Shown in pieces: positions 1 through 11,800 of a stretch of DNA of 64,000 nt. The notes beneath the pieces are model-generated. The model had not been told where the DNA came from, did not search any database, and was given only the letters and a program-made list of their open reading frames with translations. Location: the NCBI RefSeq assembly GCF_963506605.1, contig NC_083280.1, positions 16,926,001-16,990,000 on the forward strand. Reading direction: 5' to 3'. Position numbers and translations under genes: made by a program. Numbering within the stretch: the first letter of the stretch is position 1; every line of letters starts with the position of its first letter. This DNA is from Zootoca vivipara. Its lineage: Eukaryota.

Positions 1-867
1 ATTACATTACCTGTTTCTAGGTGTATTCATTCTATTTATTTAGTTTTTTGATGAATGGGCAGCGGTTAGAAAATGCTAGCACTGAGAATAGAAGTTACTG
101 GGTACTATTCAACCATTTGTTATTTTATCTGTCATTTATTTTTTAAATTTGTATACCACCCTATACCCACAGGTCGCAGGGTGGTTCACAACATAAAATC
201 ACAATATAAAAACACAAAAAACATAATAAAAAGAACAACCAGGTTTTAGTCAGATGTATTGAAATCAATGGACTTCACAGTCACGCTCATTAGTTTCCAT
301 GAGTCTTCTCACAGAAGGTTATCTATCCCATTTAGACCCTGTTTGTACGTCGTGTTTAGCTAAACCAGGGCTTAGTACTAACTTGTGTACTCCCAAAAGA
401 ATCCTTTCCCTAGTATCATGTAGCATCACAGATGTTGCAGATAGAGCATGCAACATTGAGGTAGGCCTACTCAGCCCAGTCCTCTTCCTTGGTCCCAATG
501 TTATTCAAGATGGAAGCAATGAACACCCTAACAGGGTTCTTAACATCACTAGCGATTTCAGTCTAATTCAGAGCACATTCAGAAGGAACTACGCTCTTTG
601 GTCATGGAGACAATGTAAATGTCTGGAGACCTGCTTTTTATCATATATTAAAAAGATCAACCATGAAGGGATTTCCCATGCGATCATCCAAAGGAAATCA
701 AAGAACAGACTTCATCACTATGGAAAACACCTTGAGGTCAGCTTCCCCCCCCCCCCCCGCCTGAAAAATAGTTGTTTGATGCTTAATGAAATCCACCACT
801 TTCCCCTCCGTCCATTTCTATAGAGCTCTTCCATGCTTATTTCACTGCTCCCTTTCTGCTGGTGCTA

Positions 868-2748
868 CCGTGTTTCCCCTTTTTTAATACGTACTCATAA
901 AGTAAGCCAGGGCAGCAATTTTAAGCATTTGAGAAATATAAGACATACCCCGAAAATAAGACATACCCCCCTGCCTGCCAGCTCGGGGCCTGGAACCAGC
1001 TGCTGCAGCGTGGAACGCTCAGCAGCGGCTGGCAAAGCAAGGAAGCAGAGCACGGAGATACGTATTAGCTGTAGCGCGGAAATGAGCTGTTCCTGGCTCA
1101 GCTGTAGCGCGCGCCTAGCTAAGTCAGCCGTGAGGAGGGAAAATGGCGTTTAAAAACGCCGTTTGAAGTGATTTCAGCCTGCCACCCTGCCGCCCGGAAC
1201 CGGCTGCTGCAGCGCAGAGCGCTCAGCAGCGCCCGGGTGGAGCGCCCAGCAGCGCAGACGGGAGCGTCCACCGGCGCGGACGGAGCGCTCAGCAGCGCCA
1301 GGCGGCGGGGCGGCAGGCGTCCTGCAGGAAGAGACGAGGCTGCTGGCTTGGGCACTCCTGACCCCAGCCGCTTCCACGCGGCAGCAGCAAAAGAGCTGTG
1401 CGGCCACATGGAGAGGCGAGCGCCCGAGCGGGAGACGCGCGCTCTGCAAAGCTCCGCACTCACCCCATCCGCCCGACGGGAAAGCGAAGTGGGGAAGAGA
1501 AAAAACCGAAGCGGCTCTTTTTCTCTTCCCCACTCCCCCCCCCGTCAGGCAGATGAAGCGAGTGCAGAGCTTTGCAGAGCGTGCGTCTCCCGCTCGGGCG
1601 CTCGCCTCTCCAAGCAAAGTGGGGAAGAGAAAAAGAGCCGCTTCGGTTTTTCTCTTTTTCTCTTCCCCACTTCGCTTTCCCGTCGGGCGGATGGGGTGAG
1701 TGCGGAGCTTTGCAGAGCGCGCGCCTCCCGCTCGGGCTCTCGCCTCTCCAAGCGAAGTGGGGAAGAGAAAAATCAAGTGTCGAAGATCCTCTGTTAATGG
1801 TAGAAAATGGGTGGATTTCTTGCCTTTTCCAGTCCTAGAATGCTATGCTTAATATTAATTATGCAAAGCAGTAATATGTATGCAATCATGTGTATGCAAA
1901 TACCTTTAATTAACATAACTTGCTCAATTGGCATATTTTCTTCTTAACCAAATATTTGAGTATTAGGAGAATTTACAGTTCTTTTGGCAGAGGGTGGTGG
2001 AATGGCTGGATGAAATGCATGCATGGGTGGTAATAGGAGAACAAAGATGAAGGGCACAAAGGTGGACCAGGAGGCTAGGAAGAGCCACCCAACCTTACTG
2101 CCCTGAGAAGTGTAGCCTTCTGGAGATAAGTGCTCCAATGCAGAAATTTATTGTGGGTGCAGGCTCTCCCATGGGTTAGCATGTTCTCTTGAGCGCATTG
2201 ATCTTTTCTCTCTACTGAAATTAGTGGAGCATCCTATTCTTATTCGAGTTCTCTGTGTGCATCACATCTCCAGGCTGTGGCTCAGTTGCAAAGCATCTGC
2301 TTTGCATGCAGAAGGTCCCAGGTACAATCCCCAGAATCTCCAGGTAGGACTGGGAGAGACTTCCCACCTGAAATCCTGCAGAAGAGCCACTGCCAATCAG
2401 TGTAAACAACACTGAGCTAGATTGACAATCGTCTGACTAGGTCTAAGGCAGCTTCTTATGGTCTGGATGGGTATTTTTGGATATTCTCTATGAGAACTAG
2501 ACACACGTTTTAGAAAAAAGCTAAATTATGCACCTGATGCCATACATACTTCTGTCCATGCATAACTGATGATGGTGATGATGGAGTCATATTTATAGTG
2601 GATCACAAACTGGATGTGCCAGAAAGTGTCATGTGTGATTGCACTACTAGAACACCAAGCCTTAAGACATCCCCTGAAAATAAGACACCGTGTGTTTTTT
2701 TGAGGAAAAAAAGTTATAAGACGGTGTCTTAAAAAAGGGGAAACACGG
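868..2748. mobile_element. Non-autonomous Tc1/mariner-superfamily (Tc2/pogo-like) DNA element with ~1.7 kb internal cargo
   Basis: TA|CCGTGTTTCCCCTTTTTTAA...TTAAAAAAGGGGAAACACGG|TA terminal inverted repeats (TIRs) with TA target-site duplication (TSD); subterminal AAAATAAGAC repeats shared with the short copy at 29775..30009. Confidence 0.8.
2273..2461 (+). mobile_element. tRNA-Ala-derived squamate SINE (Squam3-like)
   Basis: gctcagt...agcatctgctttgcatgcagaaggtcccaggt...ctccaggtagg...ctgagctagat...aaggcagcttc; related copies at 24041, 42075, ~55725 and 63045 (-). Confidence 0.75.
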
Positions 2749-3756
2749 TACACATCAGAGAATCCCTCATGCAATTGTTTCCCACAATCTCAAGTGTCGT
2801 TGAGAAATGAAGCACTGCAAAAAGAAAAGAGGTAACTAAGATCCACTTTAATAATATAGGATGCTCGCAATGACTGGGGATGCTATTGAGAGTGGAACAC
2901 AGGTAACTGCATCACAGCAAGCTGTTGCTCTCTGGTTAACTATCACCACCTTTTTTTAGGTCGTAAGCTTGACAATGGACAGTTGCTTTTTGATGCGATT
3001 CAGAGCAAGATAATTAGGATTTCCTGGTACAGGTGGGGGTTCCACAATATTACAGGGCAGGTAACAACTAGAGATGAGCTGGGTGACTTGGTTCTGCTCT
3101 GAAAAGTCCATCAAAACACCAAGCAAGCACAAATGGTCTTGGCAGCACCTGAAATGCTCCAACACCTAATGCAACTTCCCACAAGCATGTTGGTGGTTCC
3201 TGTGACTTGAAGCTGCATGCAAAATGTCTCAACGGAGCTATGCCATGGGAGCATCAGAGGTGTCCAAATCCAAAACAGATGTGCATGGTTGGAATGTAGC
3301 CTCCTTAGCAAGATTAGAATCACACCCATTGCTCCACCCACTTTTGCCTCTAGCCCTGCCCACCATTGACATGAAGGCCCTGGAAGTTGCCCACCGCTTC
3401 CTTAAGGCCACAAGTCGGCTACTTCAGTCCTAAGTTTTTCCAATGAACGCATGCCCTGTGCCTCTCATCGAGCCTCAATTGAAGTGCTACCTTTTTTATT
3501 ACCTTTAGAGTACGAGACTCATATTTCAGGGTTGTAGCAAAAGATTCCTGCAATGCAGGGGGTTGGACTAGATGACATTCAGGGTCACTTCCAAATCTAC
3601 AGTTCTATGATTCTAAGTGGCTTGTAACATGGGCACTCAACCTATGCAAATTGTTGTCAGACCCGAATCCTTTCTCTACCAAGCTAAGGAGCAATGGGCT
3701 TACTGCTGAAACCATTGTGAAAATAAAGCAGCCGACGCAAACAAAATGTTCAAGTT

Positions 3757-3902
3757 CATAGAACTGTTGAGTTGGAAGGGACCCGGAGGACCATCTAGTC
3801 TAACCCCCTGCAATGCAAGAATATGCAACTGTCCTATACAGGGATCGAACCTGCAACCTTGGCGCTATCAGCACCACAATCTATCAACTGAGCCATCCAA
3901 CT
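3757..3902 (-). mobile_element. tRNA-Ile-derived SINE with CR1-derived tail
   Basis: Minus strand: gctcagttgatagattgtggtgctGATagcgccaaggttgcaggttcgatccc, then gcagggggttagactagatggtcc...ccaactc. Confidence 0.8.
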
Positions 3903-4539
3903 GTCTTCAAATAGCAGTTTTTAAGAGGAACAGGTTTTCCTGGCATGAGAAAGAAAAGGCTTCACTTCCCCTCCCAGTCTGCTTTTTTAGCTTGGCACGC
4001 AAGTGAGCAGGCATCAATAAATATTTCAGGCTGCAAAGGCATTTATGATCTATTTATTTGGCGGCAAGAATGGCATCCTGAAAAATGTCAGCAACCATTC
4101 ATCAACATGATGGATGATATCCTCTCAACAATGCAGATTAGTCTCCTTGTCAGTCATTATAAGAGCTCTCTATTGCAGATGTCTAGCATTCTATGCTATT
4201 TGGATATTTAGGATTATTGAGGGAAAGGGGGTATTAAGAGGCTTCCAAGATCACATCGCCAGGCTAAATCAGACAAGAGGATTAAAGGCTTGCAAGTTTC
4301 CTTTGAGCCTTGGCTCAGTGGGCCATGCTGCAGCAACACAAGCGCTTCCTTGAACTCCCACACACCTGCCAACGCCATCTTTGCAACGTGCTGACTATGC
4401 CAGGTAAGTAGATTTGGGGGTTTTATAGAGCAGTAGCAGCTGAGCCCAAAAGCACTAATGTAGATTTAGACTCAACAGAGGCATCCAGGGCAAAGGGCCA
4501 TCGCTCAGTGGCAGAGCATGTGCCATGCATGCAGAAGGT

Positions 4540-4668
4540 CAGTTGGGTTAGAACATAGTGCAGATAATGCCAAGGTTGCAGGTTCGATCCCCGTATGAGA
4601 CAACTGCATATTCCTGCATTTCAGGGGGTTGGACTAGAGGATCCTCAGGGTCCCTTTCAATTCTATGA
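4540..4668 (+). mobile_element. tRNA-Ile-derived SINE nested inside a tRNA-Ala-derived SINE (4495..4539 + ~4669..4715)
   Basis: cagttgggttagaacatagtgcaGATaatgccaaggttgcaggttcgatccccgta plus CR1 tail; the host SINE resumes after gaagg. Confidence 0.8.
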
Positions 4669-5177
4669 AGGCTCCCTTGGAGAATCCAGGGCATCTCCAG
4701 GTAGGGCTGGGGATGTAATATTTGCAAACAAACTCAAAAGCCAAGGTTCCTTTGATGTACCCAATAGCACATTTTAGATCACCAGATATTTAGCACATTT
4801 TATTTAACTCCTGTTAAAAACACACACACACACCACAGAGGTAAACTTCAAGCTCCAAGTTGAATCTTGACAATTTCCATTGATTTACAGATTTAATTTT
4901 GCTTTCTCCCACAACAGGCCCCAGTCTAAAAATAATTCCGAAGTCTGTGCAACTACTTTCACCTCCTAAAAGGAACAAGCAGCAGCTATTCGTTTTCAGA
5001 AGCATTATATGTGCCGGAATAAATATCTCTGGCTTTGGAAGCTTAATTCCGCCGAGTCAATGTCACTATGCAGTTTTTTCTTTTCTTTTCTTTAAAAAGG
5101 AGGTTTAGTAGAGTCTTATTATGATGAATGAGGCAGAATTCATTTTGAAATGAGAACTAAAATTTGGCATATTTCCT

Positions 5178-5640
5178 TTTTTTTATAATAATTTTATTAA
5201 TTTTCAAACAAAACTAAACAAACTACACAACTACACAGACATACAATACAACACTGTCCCTTCGTCTTCCCTCCACCCACTGGTCCACCTCTGCCACCAG
5301 TGAAACCAGTGCGCTTTGAGAATCCAAGGGGGTCCATTGTGAGCTGGGTTTGACCTCCCCCCTCCCTCCTCCCCCCTTTCCCCCCCCCTGCCACTGAAGG
5401 GACAGGAATGGAGGAGCTCTGAGGATTGGTTTTCCCCAGCTCTTTCATAAACATACTTAAACAAACATACACATAACAATAGTAGGGGAGAGTTTTGACT
5501 CCCCAATTCTTATTATCTTAACCTTAAAATTGTGACTTCCTCGATAGTCTTCCTCCTGGTTTTCCCTAGACAAAATCTAAAAGCTTATGGCGGGTTTTCT
5601 ATTTCAGTTTAAAATCCTTTTCTTATACTATTAACTCAAT
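5178..5640 (-). mobile_element. Probable L1/Tx1 LINE 3'UTR with poly(A)
   Basis: Poly-T plus ttttatt at the left edge; C-rich runs (G-rich on -), as in L1 3'UTRs; family not confirmed. Confidence 0.5.
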
Positions 5641-6799
5641 CCTCCTCCTTTTCCATGCTGCCCTCCCACAGGCCCCCTCCTGCCACAAGAGGAACCTGTA
5701 GGGCACAGCATTTCCAAGGTTCCATTATATCCCCTCCTCACCCCCCCCCCCCGAGCACTCCCTGCCACTGAGTAGCTCAGAGTAAGGAGAGGAGAGTAGG
5801 CAGCTTTCTGCCTAAAAACCTAACTTAACTTACAAAAATTTACATTAACTTGAATACTTTCCTAAGCCGTTCTTATGAAAATTTGGCATATTTCCACCGA
5901 CACAAGCATACAACAATAATTCTGCATGGCTCAAGACCAATTCATACACTTGCCTTTTCTCCAGGTTGCTGGCCTACTTTCCCACAGATGTACCTATGAT
6001 GGCATGAAGAACCGCCAAACTGAACCAAACACAGATAACATGTAGAGCCGGCAGCCCAGAACAAATGAGAGCTTAGAGAAGCCTTTCCTCTAATGGCCTA
6101 CCTGCTGGAAGGATTACTAAAGACTGAGTATAACACTTTGCAATCTTGCAAAGTATAACAATTGACACTAGACATTTACTGGTTCATTTACTGGTCAGGC
6201 TATATAATCCTCTTCACAGTTGGCTACCTGAAATTTATTTTTAGGGCAGTATAGAGATCTGAGAAGTTGGGAGTTGATAAGTGATCTATTATCAGAAGCC
6301 AGAGTCTTGGTGGCCCAGGTCTGGAGTGACTTCCATGCGTATCTGTAGATGCCTGAGTGCCAAAAGATTTGGCAGGTAGCACTACTTGAGAAATTGGCCA
6401 TGAAGCAGGGCCGGTGTAGAAATGATTCATTTTTGGCAGTATGGCATGATTTCATTGTCTTTACAAGCATAGAGGAACATACCCCAGTCTCTACTGATGC
6501 ATTTCCTCACCTGTGAGTTTTATGAACAGGAAAGAGATATACTGTATTAAAGTTTAATAATGACCTTAATATTGACAGTCCACAACAGCTCCTCTGAAGC
6601 ATCTTCCAGGATAATTTGTTCTTTGTAATTTATATTTGCTCCATTTTATTTCATGTTTGCCCTTATGTCTATAGTGCTTTATATAATTTGAGATGTGGAT
6701 GTGCTTTGTTTTCCCCTTCACCCATCTTCTGCAACCACTGTGTGCAATTATTCCCAGTTTTGCTACATAATTTGCTATTAGTATATAACAATATCAAAC

Positions 6800-6803
<4 letters not shown>

Positions 6804-6830
<27 letters not shown>
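6804..6830. repeat. (AC)n microsatellite
   Basis: Direct reading. Confidence 0.95.
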
Positions 6831-6831
<1 letters not shown>

Positions 6832-8274
6832 AGTACGTATCCCACTTCCTCCACCCAAGGAACCCTCCTTGGGGGCTTACAGAAACAACAGAAGAAACAT
6901 ATGCATTAAAATATCCCACAAAATGCAGCATTAGAGAACAATACACATCTTTCTCCTGTACTAAGCAGTTATTTCAAGGTACGCTTCCTATGAAAACTTT
7001 AAGAAAATGCATCTCATGGAAGCATTTAACCTCAAGCAAGTCTGACTTGCACAATGCTTTTTAGTGCACAAAGCATGCTAAAATAAACAAATGGATTTAA
7101 AAAATTGCCAGCAGGGGAAATAAATTATTTCCCCCAATGCTTCTATAGCTTGCATAAAGACATCAATTACGGCAGCCTGTCTTGTAAGTTAATGATTCAC
7201 AGTGATGGATTATTTATGCAAGTCGGCCAACTGAACATTCTACTTTGACTCTAAAAGGGGGAAAGTATAGCATGTCTCAATTAATTATGCTTTGTGGAGG
7301 TTTGGAGACAGTCATCAGAAACGTAAATAAAATGTTTTCCACCTAGTAAAATTTCAAAAACAGAAAGATTTAGGATTGTCAACACACACACACACACCAC
7401 CTTTAAATCTGAAAAATAATGTTAATTGGCTAGTTAGGTCAGATCACAGGCCCATCTAAGGTTAGTGTTATGTTTCTAACACCAGCCATTCATTACTGAA
7501 TATGGAAGTTCTGTTTAGTGAGCAATAGACCTTTGGGGAATATAATTTTTTCGGAAGAAAGTTGACCAATAAATATTATTGGTTTAAACCAAATTGTTCC
7601 CAACCTTTTGGTATATTGCTCCTATGATGCAAATGTGCTTGGTATGATGATGCATCCTTTTATTGTCACATTAATTTTGGACCTTAGTTTATTTGGCTGC
7701 CATCAGTTTCATGCATTTTGACTGCCTATTTTATAACTCAAGGCATCCAAGTGAAAAATCATGCAACACCCTTATTAATGTGAAATTTGTTGAAATATTT
7801 ATAGTCCTTACACAGTTATTCAGAGTTTTGTTTATGGGAATGTAAGAATGCCAACCATCTGACTGCAGGATATTGCTTCAAAAGCTATAAAAATGCATTC
7901 TAAAAACATACGGTTACACAAGTACTGTAGTGTTAAAAATAATCATACTTGTAATATCCAGTAGTTTCATTCACAGTAAAGTCCATTTGGGCAAGTTTCA
8001 GGGGGATGGCTAAGCTTGCATTTTGCCAATGAGTAGGTCAATGAATTGACGATTGCCAGGAATAGTCTCAGATCATTATCGATACATAGCATACCTCTAG
8101 ATTTTGTCTTCCTAAGATAGGGTTAATAAATTCTTACTTTAAGCAAACTTCAAATTGCCTTTGGCTAACCCTGGCAGCAGATCTAGTGAAATTTCATCAC
8201 AAAGTGCTTATACAGCAAGTTGTTCTTTTTAGGCATTTTGGACTCTTGTGGTCTCTTCCAACTATGATTCTATG

Positions 8275-8845
8275 ACTCACAGCTGTCCATGGAGGTGCAG
8301 GTCAATTCTGTGTCCAGGGCAGCTGTCTATCAGCTCCATCTGGTACACAGGCTGAGACCCTACCTGCTTGTAGACTGTCTTGCCAGAGTGGTGCATGCTC
8401 TAGTTGTCTCCCGCTTGGACTACTGCAATGCGCTCTACGTGGGGCTACCTTTGAAGGTGACCCGGAAACTGCAACTAATCCAGAATGCAGCAGCTAGACT
8501 GGTGACTGGGAGCAGTCGCCGAGACCACATAACACCGGTCTTAAAAGATCTACATTGGCTCCCAGTACGTTTCCGAGCACAATTCAAAGTGTTGGTGCTG
8601 ACCTTTAAAGCCCTAAATGGCCTCCGTCCAGTATACCTGAAGGAGTGTCCCCACCCCCATCGTTCTGCCTGGACACTGAGGTCCAGTGCCGAGGGTCTTC
8701 TGGCGGTTCCCTCTTTGCGAGAAGCCAAGTTGCAGGGAACCAGGCAGAGGGCCTTCTCGGTAGTGGTGCCTGCCCTGTGGAACGCCCTCCCACCAGATGT
8801 CAAAGAGAAAAACAGCTACCAGATTTTTAGAAGACATCTGAAGGC
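8275..8845 (+). mobile_element. L2 LINE ORF2 3' fragment
   Basis: SRLDYCNALYVGLPLK...LQLIQNAAARLVTG...HITPVLKDLHWLPVRFRAQFKVLVLTFKALNG. Confidence 0.92.
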
Positions 8846-11800
8846 ACCACTTTTAATAAGACTCACCTTCTTTTGTCTGTACTGACCCTGCCTCTAGCCG
8901 ATTTCATTGTGTGTCCCAAGTTATAGGCTAATGGCAGACTGACGAAGACTGCTACGCACACTGCTAAGTTTTCATAAACTTATGCTATTCATCATCTTTT
9001 TTATTCAAGTGCAAAGCCTTCTATGTTGTACCCTTTTCTCAGAGGAAAGAGGTTCCTAACTCTTGATCATTTCTGTTGCCCTCCTCTTTATCTTTTCTAG
9101 CCCTTCTCTTCTGTGGTCTCTGCAATATTCTATAGATTAAAAACTCTCATAAGAGAGAGCACTGGACCCTCAAGCAACCCTGCAATACGAGTCTCCGATT
9201 ACTCTTTTAAGAAATACGTTTTACTCGGCAAATTGACTTCAGCTCTGTTCTATCAAAGCTTGATGAAGCAATTCAAATTTTATCCAATTCCGTCTGTCTC
9301 ATATCATTTCTGCTACATTGCAAGGCTGCAATTGCCTACTTCCAGAGTACGGGGGGAAGCTAATTCTCTTAGATTTGCTCTAACCATACTCAACATAATG
9401 AATTTTTGCATGAGTGACAACGCATTTCAGTTTCTTGTATGCTTTCTAAGCAAAAAATAAATGAAACTGTTTCCTTTACAACGAGTAGCTTTATATGTAT
9501 TCTTTAGTGTGAAAAATTGTTTCCTTGCTATTCTATTCCCAAAACAGCTATTCCCCTTTCACAGAGGGACAGAAGACCCCCAGTGAGTACATTACTAAAT
9601 TGGTCTCTAGTTCCAACACTCTATCTGCCGGGACCATAGTCTTAAAACATGCTAAGATGTAGTAGTGTTGAGAATACTTCTCTGGAAGCATCTCCCATTA
9701 ACACCAGAATTACTTATGTGCAAACATAGTTCAGACTGGTGTTTAAGTGGGACTTACTTTTGAGTAAACACAATTAGTATCAATAGGTCATAATTCATGT
9801 GGGTATTCTTTCCGAAATGAAGGAGTTTGCTCCAGTCTATGTTTCATGGAGGAAGAGGTATTCACTACGAATGTGAATACATTTGGAAAAATCGAAATCT
9901 GCACTTGGAGAATTCTATGTGCCACAGATCAGACTATACTCACAAGGCTACTGTATGACTAATGGACCCCTGTCAAATATATTTCCTTTGCAGCTTTGCA
10001 GCTCTATTTTTCTCATTTTGAATTCCATCATCTTTATGACCTATGTTAACAGGTGGCATTTGGATCAGAGCTTTGGCACACTGCGTACGCTGCCACACAA
10101 GCTCATCCCAGGAAAAGGTATATATCATCTGCTGCAAGATATATAGAGTTCAGGGCTTCCAAATTGAAACCTTGATCAATGAACTTGCTCCTCGTATTCC
10201 TGCCTTGCATTTACTTTTACATTTACCATTTGCTAGTATGTCGTGTTGCTTACCAAAGCTGCATTCTAGCTGTGGGTGTAGTTAGTTGCTGAAATCAACA
10301 GGACTTCCCAATGTGTAGCTTATGGAATTCCTAATGTTGATCCCTTCTCAATACTCTCAACCTGTCTTCTCTTTCTGGAACATCCTTTTATCAGGTTTCA
10401 TTCAGGCTGCTGCATGCAACCTGAATTCATTCAACATGTCACATGTTGAACAAAGGAACCCCTAATATCCCCCCTTTCCTGGGCTGGCCAAGATGGACAG
10501 GTAGATTCGGTTGCCCACCTATCACCCAACGACATAATATCAGTTGAGAATGAGCTCCTTTGAAGCTGTTTGGGGCCGACAGCCCATCTCACCCTCAGTG
10601 CCAAGAGAAGTGGTGGCTGCTGAGAGGGAGCCCCTTTGAAGTCCGTTCGTAGACATGTGCTCTGAATTCAAATTCCACCTGCAAATGGACATTTCCCTCT
10701 TCTTGCAGACAGGCAGAGGGAAGACAGTCGTTGGCAAGCATGGTTTGAGTCAGATCATGCCCACTTGAAAATAGAGGCCCATAATGTTGTGTGTAGCTTA
10801 TGGAGACTCGGCTACTTCAGTGGGCAGGGCCACCAACATGTCAATCACATGATTGATACTAGTGATGGCAGGAGCCTACCTAAAGGCAGCTTTGCCCAGG
10901 ACCCCTTCCAATTTTGAATCAGCTCCTCTACTGGAAGGTGGGCCTCCTGGATGGTATCAGGCAAATGATGGAACTCCTTCCCTAAATACATTCCATACTA
11001 TCTTTCAGGGGTTAGACAGAGCCCATCCATTTTTTTAAAAAAAGAATCTGACTTGTCTTTTTATGGTGCTTGCCCTTTGTGTTTTGTTTGAATGTCTCCC
11101 TGTCTGTGAATTTTATTATTTTTGTGCTCCCTTTGTTGTTTTTCCTTGGCTCTTTTGTTCCTTCTTTAGCTGTCTTGAAATACTTTTTTTTTTTTAAAAA
11201 AGGCCTTAAAATGAACAGAATAAAATAAGCACACTTCTCATCCCAGGAGCCCACAAGGTTTCAATCAATTTCAATGTGGCTGAAAGGCTCGGTGGAAAAG
11301 AACCCAAAGGAGACAAAGACAGGCGTCTGGGCATTAATTATTATCTTGTCTGCCGGATTACCTGGAAGGTACTTAACCTTTTTGCTGGAGGTGTTTCTTT
11401 GCCAAGCCATTTCTTTCATTGACCATTCTCTCTCCTCTTCTATCTGGCAACCAAACGCTTGACATTGTACAGATGTAGCCAAATCCAACAGAGAAATAAA
11501 CTAGTATGTGCAGAGTTTGGCTTTTCCCACAACATAATGGCAGCAAAAATCACAGCAGCGTTTTGTGAAGCTAATGGGTTTGGGGACTTTTTTTTATTTT
11601 GCAGGGAGGAGGAGAATATCAACACCTCATTGATTCAGTCCATGTCATGCTGAGAGACAAAGATGGTTAATTCGTGCAGGGAGCATTCTAATGTGATGAA
11701 TATATACACGAGACAATCTGAAATCTGGGGTAGAATTTATTATACAATCTAGCCACACATCACACGCTAGGGTTACGTTCCAGAGACAGTGCCTTTATGC

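Noticed and set aside
299-823. 174-aa ORF
   Set aside because: No recognisable domain or convincing splice/promoter context; treated as chance.
1119-1838. Overlapping 100-209 aa ORFs on both strands
   Set aside because: Artefacts of the GC-rich inverted repeats inside a TIR element; no transposase motifs.
8289-8885. 198-aa ORF as a host gene
   Set aside because: It is the C-terminal part of L2 ORF2.
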